From a virus: a stretch of DNA of 64,000 nucleotides. Positions 19,015 through 26,779 of the stretch are shown in pieces; the stretch's first letter is position 1; every line of letters begins with the position of its first letter. The stretch spans positions 1-64,000 of the IMG/VR virus record IMGVR_UViG_3300047200_000500, one strand, 5' to 3'. A program made the translations under genes and the position numbers. Below the pieces are notes generated by a model. It was given only the letters and a program-made list of their open reading frames with translations, ran no database searches and was not told the origin of the DNA.

Positions 19015-20667
19015 ATGGTAGATCAGAACAAAATAAAAGAATGTTTTCCATATCCATCTGCAAGAAAAGGCCAGATGGAGTTGATAGAAAAAGTTATAAA
19101 TTCATTTGATAATGGTAAGAGGTTTGTTATAATAGAAGCCCCTGTTGGTGCTGGTAAGTCTGCTATTGGATATACTGTTGGAAATTATTATGATACATAT
19201 TATTATATTACAGCACAAAAATTATTGCAATCACAGTTGTCAAATGATTTTGGAGAAAATGGTAAATGGATTAATGATATTAGGCAACCAATGATAGAAT
19301 TAAAAGGTCGCAACGCATATTCTTGTAATTATTATGAAAGAAAACTTGAAATAGAAGAACGATTTCTTTCTTTAGCTGAGAAACAACACTTTCAAGATTT
19401 ATCTAAATTAGGAATTGATTGCGCACGTGGTGAATGCAAGAAGAAAAGTAAAAGTAAATTAAAGTTTTGTGAAGATACAGAGCACGGTATTCATCATTGT
19501 CCATATTTTATTCAGCGCGATAAAGCAATAGAAGCTGCAGCAACGTTAATGAATTTTCATAGTTTTATTTTTCAAACTGAAGTTTCTCAAACACCTTGGC
19601 CTTATAAAGATTTATTGATTATTGATGAAGCTCATCTTAGCGAGTCAGTATTGATGGATTTCATATCGTTATCATTTGCTGATACCCCATTTAAAATTGA
19701 GTTTCCAAAACTTGAAACTGCTGAAGAATATTTAATATTTTTTGAAGAAAATAATATTGCCGATTTAATAGCTGAAAATTTAAAAAACGCAATTGCATCA
19801 AGAAAAGACGAAGATGAAGAATATTGGAAAGGAATTATTGTAAAATATGTTAAATTTAAAACCTCAATTGTTGATGGTGAAGATTGGGTTGTCAAATATG
19901 AAAACAAGGGAAATTATAGAACAATAGAACTTAAACCTTTATTTGTAAGGAAATTCGCAAATAATATTTTGTTTAATAAAGCAGAAAAAGTGTTAATGAT
20001 GAGTGGAACCATTTTAAGCGCTAAGATAATGGCCGATTGTCTTGGTATTAAACCAGAAGATTATGAATTCATTTCAATTGATAGTCAATTTCCAGTTGAA
20101 AACAGACTAATTCATTATCAGCCAAGTGGTAGTATGAGTTATAGAAACAAACAAAAAACAATGCCGAAAATAATGTCTGATATTGAATATATTTGTAATG
20201 AACATGTTAAAGACAAAGGAATAATTCACACTCAGAGTTTTGATCTTACAGAATATGTTATGAAAAATTCAACTCATAAATTAAAAAGTAGATTCTTTTT
20301 TCAAAAGAATTATCCAAATAAAGAAGCAATGTTAGCTTCTCATTCTGCGAGTGAAAACGGCATAATTATAGCACCTGCAATGCATGAAGGTCTTGACTTA
20401 AAAGATGATTTGTCACGTTTTCAATTAATATTGAAAGTTCCATATCCATCATTTGTTGAAAATCCTCAATTAGAAATGAGAATGAAAATATCTAGTGATT
20501 ATTATAATTATCTAACAGCAATGAAAATTGTACAAAGTTATGGACGTAGCATTAGATCAGAAACAGATTTTGCGAAGACTTACATTTTAGATGAAGATTT
20601 TAAATCTTTCTTTGCGCGATCAAAACAAATTTTACCAAGATGGTTTAAACAAGCCATTGTTTGGTAA
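19015..20667 (+). CDS. DinG/XPD-family SF2 helicase
   Basis: FPY..R.GQ, APVGAGKS, KGR..Y.C, DEAH, MSGT, EGLD, KVPYP, QSYGRSIRS. Confidence 0.88.
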   Translation: MVDQNKIKECFPYPSARKGQMELIEKVINSFDNGKRFVIIEAPVGAGKSAIGYTVGNYYDTYYYITAQKLLQSQLSNDFGENGKWINDIRQPMIELKGRNAYSCNYYERKLEIEERFLSLAEKQHFQDLSKLGIDCARGECKKKSKSKLKFCEDTEHGIHHCPYFIQRDKAIEAAATLMNFHSFIFQTEVSQTPWPYKDLLIIDEAHLSESVLMDFISLSFADTPFKIEFPKLETAEEYLIFFEENNIADLIAENLKNAIASRKDEDEEYWKGIIVKYVKFKTSIVDGEDWVVKYENKGNYRTIELKPLFVRKFANNILFNKAEKVLMMSGTILSAKIMADCLGIKPEDYEFISIDSQFPVENRLIHYQPSGSMSYRNKQKTMPKIMSDIEYICNEHVKDKGIIHTQSFDLTEYVMKNSTHKLKSRFFFQKNYPNKEAMLASHSASENGIIIAPAMHEGLDLKDDLSRFQLILKVPYPSFVENPQLEMRMKISSDYYNYLTAMKIVQSYGRSIRSETDFAKTYILDEDFKSFFARSKQILPRWFKQAIVW

Positions 20668-20669
20668 CG

Positions 20670-21083
20670 TTATTTTCTAACGTCAACTAATTTACCTTCT
20701 TTAATTGCACTTATAGCCATATTCTTGCATAATTCTGTTAATTCTGTTTCAGTTTTATCAAATGTCACATTTTTTGTTTTAATAATTTCTTTAATTTCAT
20801 CAATTAAATCTTTGTTGCTTGATGGTACCTGAATATATTTATTATTTTCTTTTTTGAATATATTAATCACATAATCATTTTTTGTAAACACTGTTATATC
20901 GGGGTTCGATTTTACACTAAGTAACGCAAGTTTTAATGCTAACAAATCAGCTTGGTTAACAGAAAATTTTCCATAGGCAAAAGATCTTAACCATTTATTA
21001 TTTTGAGATATCAGTATTATAGCAAAACCGGAACCTTTATTCGGAAACGATCTGCCATCTATATGAATGTTTATATTTTGCAT
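20670..21083 (-). CDS. RNase HI-like fold protein, partly degenerate
   Basis: IHIDG, GFAIIL, NQADLLAL, N.DL. Confidence 0.6.
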   Translation of the reverse strand: MQNINIHIDGRSFPNKGSGFAIILISQNNKWLRSFAYGKFSVNQADLLALKLALLSVKSNPDITVFTKNDYVINIFKKENNKYIQVPSSNKDLIDEIKEIIKTKNVTFDKTETELTELCKNMAISAIKEGKLVDVRK

Positions 21084-21121
21084 AAAATATTTACTTAAAC
21101 TTTAATTCAAAACATATTCAA

Positions 21122-23122
21122 TTATAGAGTGTTCCATGTTACCGTAAATGTTGATGGGTGCCCTGATTCAAAGCATCGATCATATGGATGTGTATTAGTG
21201 ATTGTATAAGATGTGCCATCTGGAATGCATGTTGTTGGGTTTGTACTATAATAAGAAGGGATACCGGCAATCCATCCACTATTGCCAGACACACCGCATC
21301 CAGAACCAAAATCAAAGCTTTCGGCATAAACCCAATGTCTCTTGTTTAACCAATCAATATAAACATAAACTCTAGTCTGGGAAGTACCAAAAACATTATC
21401 AGAATAATATGTCAATTGACAAACATTGTATCCCAAAGGTGTTGAGCCAGACAAACTTGTTTTTATTGTAGATACGGTAGCCCAAGCAGAGGTAGAACTA
21501 TAACCAGGATATAAATCAGTTTCAGTAAAGTGGAATCGATGTCCGGTGAAAACACAACCATTTGTTCGACATGGGGCATCTGCTGAAGTTGAAGATGGCG
21601 ATAATGGCGATAATAATGACTCCGATGATGGTGATAACGGCGATACCGATGATAATGACTCCGATGATGGTGATGCTAATGACTCTGATGATGGCGATAA
21701 TGGCGACACTGATGATAATGATTCTGAAGAATCAGATGATAATGATTCCGATGAATAAGATAATAGTGATTGAGATGAATCAGACGAATGCGATAAAGAT
21801 GACACTGATGATTTTGACACTGATGATTTTGATGACATATTAGATAAACTTGCAGACTGGTCAGATTGGCCAGACTGGTCAGATTGGCTAGTTGAACTAG
21901 ATGAACTACTTAAAGATCCAGAAGACAAGCTGCTTAAATCATTATTGTACACTTTCTTTGGAACAAATATGCTCATACTTCCATCACACGGTCCATTACC
22001 CGAATTACCACAAAACCAGAATGGTATAGCACAACTATTAACTTTAGGTTCTGGATTAGGCAATATCTCAAATGGAAGATTTAGTTTGCTATACCAATCA
22101 AAGTTTGCCATCCCGTATCTTGATTGATCATAACATCCAGGAAGTGGGGTCCATTGAGGGAGATCAAGTGCAATTTTATCTAATATTATTTCTGGACTTA
22201 CAACTTCGATTATTTTACATGATGAAGTAGTAACCTCAACACCTATCCAGTTGCTGCCACTTAACAATTCTTGAGCGTTAACACCAAATGCACAATTAAT
22301 GATATTTAAAACTTGTTTGTTATATATAAAATTAGTTCCAATAAAATTAAAATCCAACACTGCATCTTTTACTATATCAATTTCATTTAAATAACTAGTA
22401 GCCACAACATAGTTTGTACCATCATTACCGTTATACCCTGGTAATCCTACTTGACTTATCTTTAAAATAGTGGATGGATCATTAAGTTTAGCTTTTAAAT
22501 TGTTTCCATTTAATGTTATATATTTAAAATAATGATTTTCATCAGTATATTCACCATTTAATGATAGTAATATTTCAAAAATTTTAATTCTGTACTTGTT
22601 ATATCCACGTATTGATAGTGGTCCAAAATTTTCATTATCAATATAAACGTTTACATCTATTACTCCACTTGAACTTGATATAAATTTTTCATTTGGAGCA
22701 GCTATTCCATTTTTACCAGTTTGACCTGTTTGGCCGATTTTTCCTGTTTGACCTACACAAAAAGTCCTAGCATTTATTTTAGAATTTAATTGTGATTTGT
22801 TAACTTCTACCCATAAAATATTACCATCAAAAATGAATTTCAATAGTTTGTCACTATTGTTTAATAAATAAAAATATGCTTTGCCATTAGTTAATTGGAA
22901 TGTTTTTAATTCTCCTTTATTAAATAAATTATATAATGATGATAGTTTATTTAATATTTTTGGAGTTATTAATCCATCGTTATTTTTATTGACAACTTTT
23001 TCTTTAATTAAATTACCAAATAATTTCCAAGTATTATCTTCCTTATTGAAGACAAGATAATCTTGATCAGCAGAATAATCTTGACCATCACTTGGATTAT
23101 TAGGTAATTTTACAGTAGCCAT
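21122..23122 (-). CDS. putative virion fibre/adhesin with collagen triplets and Ser-rich linker
   Basis: LPNNPSDGQ, GQTGKIGQTGQTGKNG, ~120-aa Ser-rich repeat, Cys/Thr-rich C-terminal domain. Confidence 0.6.
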   Translation of the reverse strand: MATVKLPNNPSDGQDYSADQDYLVFNKEDNTWKLFGNLIKEKVVNKNNDGLITPKILNKLSSLYNLFNKGELKTFQLTNGKAYFYLLNNSDKLLKFIFDGNILWVEVNKSQLNSKINARTFCVGQTGKIGQTGQTGKNGIAAPNEKFISSSSGVIDVNVYIDNENFGPLSIRGYNKYRIKIFEILLSLNGEYTDENHYFKYITLNGNNLKAKLNDPSTILKISQVGLPGYNGNDGTNYVVATSYLNEIDIVKDAVLDFNFIGTNFIYNKQVLNIINCAFGVNAQELLSGSNWIGVEVTTSSCKIIEVVSPEIILDKIALDLPQWTPLPGCYDQSRYGMANFDWYSKLNLPFEILPNPEPKVNSCAIPFWFCGNSGNGPCDGSMSIFVPKKVYNNDLSSLSSGSLSSSSSSTSQSDQSGQSDQSASLSNMSSKSSVSKSSVSSLSHSSDSSQSLLSYSSESLSSDSSESLSSVSPLSPSSESLASPSSESLSSVSPLSPSSESLLSPLSPSSTSADAPCRTNGCVFTGHRFHFTETDLYPGYSSTSAWATVSTIKTSLSGSTPLGYNVCQLTYYSDNVFGTSQTRVYVYIDWLNKRHWVYAESFDFGSGCGVSGNSGWIAGIPSYYSTNPTTCIPDGTSYTITNTHPYDRCFESGHPSTFTVTWNTL
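21590..21935 (-). repeat. low-complexity Ser-rich coding repeats (SESLSSVSPLSPS)
   Basis: imperfect GATGATGG(C/T)GATAA(T/C)GGCGA repeats on the + strand. Confidence 0.75.
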
Positions 23123-23156
23123 CTAACATTATATTTACATTGCGTATTATATTTAG

Positions 23157-24704
23157 TTATTTATCCATACTAATATTTAACATATTACCACCTCTAGAAC
23201 GACTAAGGAAACGATCAAATGAAAGTCCAAATTTAAGTGGATCCATACTATTTGTGATTCCAAGTAAGAAACAAACCAAACTCCCACCTGCCGAACCACG
23301 CGATGGTCCAGTTGCCCATCCACTATCATGACTAAATTTAATAATATCTCTCATGATCAAGAAATAAGATTCAAACCCCTTTTCTATAAATCTATCTAAT
23401 TCAATTTTGGCTTGCTCCGCATAAGTAACCATCTTGCTATCAACTTCATATCTTGTGGTATCTTTATACATTCCATTTCTTATTAAAGCTTTCGCCACCA
23501 ACCCCCTCAATATATTAGCTGCATCATCAACATGTGGAAGTTTTGGTTTAGTATCAGCTTTAAATGGTGAACACTTATTAGCTATTTCAAGTGTCATATC
23601 ACATGCTTTTTCAAATTGCTCATTGTTCATTATTTTATCATACCAACATTCTTTATGAGTTGCTCTTAATTCAGCACGATTTTTTAAATATAATTCGGAA
23701 CTAAAATCTTTAATCCCCTTTAAAGTGGTATTTCTCTGAATGGCCAATAATGCTTTATACAAATTAGCATCTTGTCTATTAGCATAATAAACATCATTTG
23801 TAATAACGCACTTTAATTGCTTATTATTGTCTTCCTGATATGAATCCAACAGGCTCATTAAAGTTGACATTCTATCGATATCTGAACCCCAAGGACTGTC
23901 TTGACATCTCATGGTTAGTTCAACATAAAAATCATCGCCAAATTTTTCATCAAACCATTTCATGTAATCATAAGCGCACAGTGTACCATATTCTGGGTAT
24001 TCGATCCCTTTTGTATACCCGAGTTCTATCATTTTATCTAATAAAGTTCCAGATAATATTATCAAGTTCCCATTATTAAACTTTTCAAGCATTTTTCTAG
24101 TAATACGTGGAGTGTAATAAAACCCATCAGACCACGACATTAAATTTAAATTTAACAATTCTTTATATCCCTGCTCGTTTTTAGCTAAGATCGTTATAAT
24201 CGGGGTTTTATTTTTAGAACAAGCATTAATTAAGAACGGGTGATCTTTTAATTGGTTTACAACTTTTTCTATATCATCTCCATCATCATTTTTTTCGATT
24301 GTAATTTTTTCAGATAATTCGCGTCTTTTAACTTCGTAATCACTAAAATAAGCTGATATACCAGCAATAAATTTAATTTTAGTTGATTTTGCAGATGCAT
24401 AACAGTCTGGTATACTTGACATATACCCAACTTCTGTTATTCCAAGAGTATTAACATTTAAGAATTTAGCTTTATTGAATATGTCTTCTGGTTCATCAAC
24501 TCCAGAAAGTGGGCTGAACTTAGTGTGAACATTTAAGTGTATAAAATCGCCGTTACCATATTTTTCTTCGCATTCTTCACGAGTAAGACTGAGCGATCTT
24601 TTATGAACTTTTCTGCGATAATATTTTAATAATACTTTTTGATTGTATGCTTCTTTGAATGATTTATCGTCTCCAAATACTCCGAAATTTAAAACGTCAC
24701 TCAT
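23157..24704 (-). CDS. dnaE: DNA polymerase III alpha (DnaE), N-terminal part: PHP domain plus start of palm
   Basis: FIHLNVHTKFS, LAKN..GYKEL, GFYYTPRI, TND, GPSRGSAGGSLV.FLLGIT..DPLKFGLSFDRFL; stops before the PDID motif. Confidence 0.9.
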   Translation of the reverse strand: MSDVLNFGVFGDDKSFKEAYNQKVLLKYYRRKVHKRSLSLTREECEEKYGNGDFIHLNVHTKFSPLSGVDEPEDIFNKAKFLNVNTLGITEVGYMSSIPDCYASAKSTKIKFIAGISAYFSDYEVKRRELSEKITIEKNDDGDDIEKVVNQLKDHPFLINACSKNKTPIITILAKNEQGYKELLNLNLMSWSDGFYYTPRITRKMLEKFNNGNLIILSGTLLDKMIELGYTKGIEYPEYGTLCAYDYMKWFDEKFGDDFYVELTMRCQDSPWGSDIDRMSTLMSLLDSYQEDNNKQLKCVITNDVYYANRQDANLYKALLAIQRNTTLKGIKDFSSELYLKNRAELRATHKECWYDKIMNNEQFEKACDMTLEIANKCSPFKADTKPKLPHVDDAANILRGLVAKALIRNGMYKDTTRYEVDSKMVTYAEQAKIELDRFIEKGFESYFLIMRDIIKFSHDSGWATGPSRGSAGGSLVCFLLGITNSMDPLKFGLSFDRFLSRSRGGNMLNISMDK

Positions 24705-25276
24705 TGTTTAGGCTCGTCAAAGCTAATTGATTTCATCAATTTTGACATACATTGAGCGGAAGCTATAGCGTCAGCCAAAGCTGCATGTGCTTTAGCATTT
24801 TCTACTTTAAAATGATCACATATTACGCCTAAACTATCTCCTAAATGAGATATCTTCTTTTTGATTTTATAAGCTAGCCATAATGAAATTAAGTCTATCC
24901 AATTATTGTGAATATATGGGAATACATGATAAATATCGCACTGTGAGAAAATAAAACTTTTATCAAATTCGGCGTTTTGTGCCACCATAATTGGCTTGCC
25001 ACCAGGACTTACTGATTTTAACCAATCATTCCATTCTTTTAATCCAACTTCTGGATGAACAGCAGTCTTATCCCATACTGCCTGATTATAATGCCCTATT
25101 TCTAATGCGTCAGGGTTTGCCTTATCCATATGTTGAATGATAAATCGTTTATGGAAAACATTTCTGGCATCAACAGAAAAATCATCCTTTATCAATATGC
25201 AACCAATTTCGGTAATCTCAGCGCCATCAACTGGATCTAATCCAGTGGTTTCAGTATCGAGAAAAATAATAGGCAT
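24701..25276 (-). CDS. DnaQ/epsilon-like DEDDh 3'-5' exonuclease
   Basis: FLDTETTG, AQNAEFD, AHAALAD; ATGA overlap with dnaE-N. Confidence 0.88.
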   Translation of the reverse strand: MPIIFLDTETTGLDPVDGAEITEIGCILIKDDFSVDARNVFHKRFIIQHMDKANPDALEIGHYNQAVWDKTAVHPEVGLKEWNDWLKSVSPGGKPIMVAQNAEFDKSFIFSQCDIYHVFPYIHNNWIDLISLWLAYKIKKKISHLGDSLGVICDHFKVENAKAHAALADAIASAQCMSKLMKSISFDEPKQ

Positions 25277-25291
25277 GATTTTTAAATACAG

Positions 25292-25325
25292 TTTGGCCCG
25301 CCCAATTTATAAGGCGGGCCAAAAA
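25292..25325. terminator. GC-rich stem-loop (terminator-like or stabilising)
   Basis: TTTGGCCCGCC-caatttataa-GGCGGGCCAAA just after the stop of 25331-25546; no clear 3' U tract. Confidence 0.55.
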
Positions 25326-25330
25326 GATTT

Positions 25331-25546
25331 TTACTTGGCTTTGCTTGGTTTGATGATTTCTTGAATGGCCTGCCGTATCGGCGTAATGCTCTTTTTGATA
25401 CCGTTGAAATTATTTCTGGCGTTCCTGGCTGCTGACTTGTTACCTTCCATAATCTTGGGAATTAATACCTCAGTTTCAGTGACTAAGTTCTTGATTGATG
25501 TAAACAGTTCGTTTACTGTGGTTTTGTAATCAGGGGTTTCGCTCAT
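25331..25546 (-). CDS. histone H1-like (Hc1-type) small DNA-binding protein
   Basis: GNKSAARNAR...IKK....IR signature; AAGGA RBS. Confidence 0.6.
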   Translation of the reverse strand: MSETPDYKTTVNELFTSIKNLVTETEVLIPKIMEGNKSAARNARNNFNGIKKSITPIRQAIQEIIKPSKAK

Positions 25547-25549
25547 GTT

Positions 25550-25813
25550 TTATTCCTTGGGTTGGTTGTTTTCTAATTCTTCGATTAGCTTTGTAAATTC
25601 TTTGTCATCTAATATTATAAATTCAGTATATTCATTTATTGCAGATAATTTTATTTTTAATATTTCGCGTTTCTTAATTGGTCTATTTATATACTTAGCC
25701 GACTTTAGTCTGTCAGAAAGTATTTTTCTTACAATATTTTCTAATTTTGGATTATTTTTGGTATTGTAATTTATTGCCAAGTTGGCAAAGAATAAGTCAT
25801 TTACTTGTCTCAT
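25550..25813 (-). CDS. hypothetical protein
   Basis: co-oriented overlapping ORF. Confidence 0.55.
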   Translation of the reverse strand: MRQVNDLFFANLAINYNTKNNPKLENIVRKILSDRLKSAKYINRPIKKREILKIKLSAINEYTEFIILDDKEFTKLIEELENNQPKE

Positions 25814-26192
25814 TGTTCAATGATTTAAATTTGGCTTCATCCCAAAAATCAACTACTTTGCGTGATTTTGTTTCATATGCCATATAATTACCAAATTCAT
25901 ATTTTTCATTAACTTTTCTGATATAATAATCACTACCACAATAAATCCAATAACCAATTTTAGAATTAGGATCAAAGTTTTTTATTTTGGTACCATTCAT
26001 TTTTGGCTGATTAGAAACTACAAACATGAATTTCTGTTTGGCATTAGGATTCTTTTTTAAATAATTTGTATCAACTTGACATCCGCCCTTTTCATAAATT
26101 TCAATAAGTTTGGGTTTCAATAGTTTATCAATAATATCGTCATCTACTTGTTTGAATACTTGAAGGTATTTGGGTATAGCGATTTTGGCCAT
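25797..26192 (-). CDS. hypothetical protein
   Basis: GTATATAG motif 11 nt before ATG. Confidence 0.6.
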   Translation of the reverse strand: MAKIAIPKYLQVFKQVDDDIIDKLLKPKLIEIYEKGGCQVDTNYLKKNPNAKQKFMFVVSNQPKMNGTKIKNFDPNSKIGYWIYCGSDYYIRKVNEKYEFGNYMAYETKSRKVVDFWDEAKFKSLNNETSK

Positions 26193-26233
26193 ACTCTATA
26201 TACTAGCAAAGGTAGAAGTGTATTTAAGAATAC

Positions 26234-26743
26234 GGTCTGTTTAAAACGTTCCCTTATTCTCCCAAGGATAAGCATGCAGCAATGCATGGGTTCAGACCTT
26301 AAACTCAACCGGTTCACGATTTGGGATTCGTTCTAAGAACGTCTTAAAATCCTGGAAAGACAGAGTGCCCCCGGTACAGTTAGCTAATTTACTGCCGGTC
26401 CTTTACGCAGCTACCATCGGTCGATGGGTTACCCATTTCACTATGGGTTTGCGGAGCCTAGGAACTCCGCAGCAGTTGGGCCTTTTCCAGGTCAGGGAAC
26501 TCCAAAGCCTTTTAATAGGCAACATAGGTTCAGTACCTGGCACTCCAAGCGAGATCCAACTCGCAAAAGAAAATACCCGTTGGTTTAAGACCAATGGACA
26601 AAATAAAAACAACTAAAAAATAACCAATCAGCGTAAGCTGGGTTTAGCTAGTTTTCGAAAATAATATTTGTCCTCCTGACTTGCGGGATTTAAATTTTCT
26701 TTTGCCCTCTAAGAACCTAAAATTCTTAGTTGCAGTTGGAGGG
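26234..26743 (+). ncRNA. large structured non-coding RNA of unknown class
   Basis: GC-elevated intergenic island with more than 12 helices, two GNRA tetraloops (GCAA 26279, GTAA 26633), a G-U pair favouring the + strand, and GTATTTAA at 26220. Confidence 0.7.
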
Positions 26744-26779
26744 AATTAGATCTATTTCAATCAAATGTATTTCATAAAA

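Noticed and set aside
21122-21560. Diversity-generating retroelement target at a fibre tip
   Set aside because: No reverse transcriptase or template/variable repeat pair seen in this window
23157-23250. Split intein or frameshift joining the DnaE halves
   Set aside because: No Cys/Ser-start or His-Asn-end intein motifs; the halves are ~16 kb apart with many genes between
26440-26600. Group I intron-like words in the RNA (TTGCGG..CCGCAGC, GGTTCA, AAGAAAATAC)
   Set aside because: No convincing P7 (GACUA/UAGUC), the P3 partner is misplaced, and no interrupted gene flanks it; left as an alternative for cmscan
26365-26616. Short ORFs on both strands within the RNA island
   Set aside because: No RBS or promoter spacing, atypical composition; better explained by RNA structure
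26234-26743. tmRNA, RNase P RNA or tRNA identity for the structured region
   Set aside because: No T-loop/CCA end or tag ORF, and no GAGGAAAGUCC with a matching P4 partner on either strand
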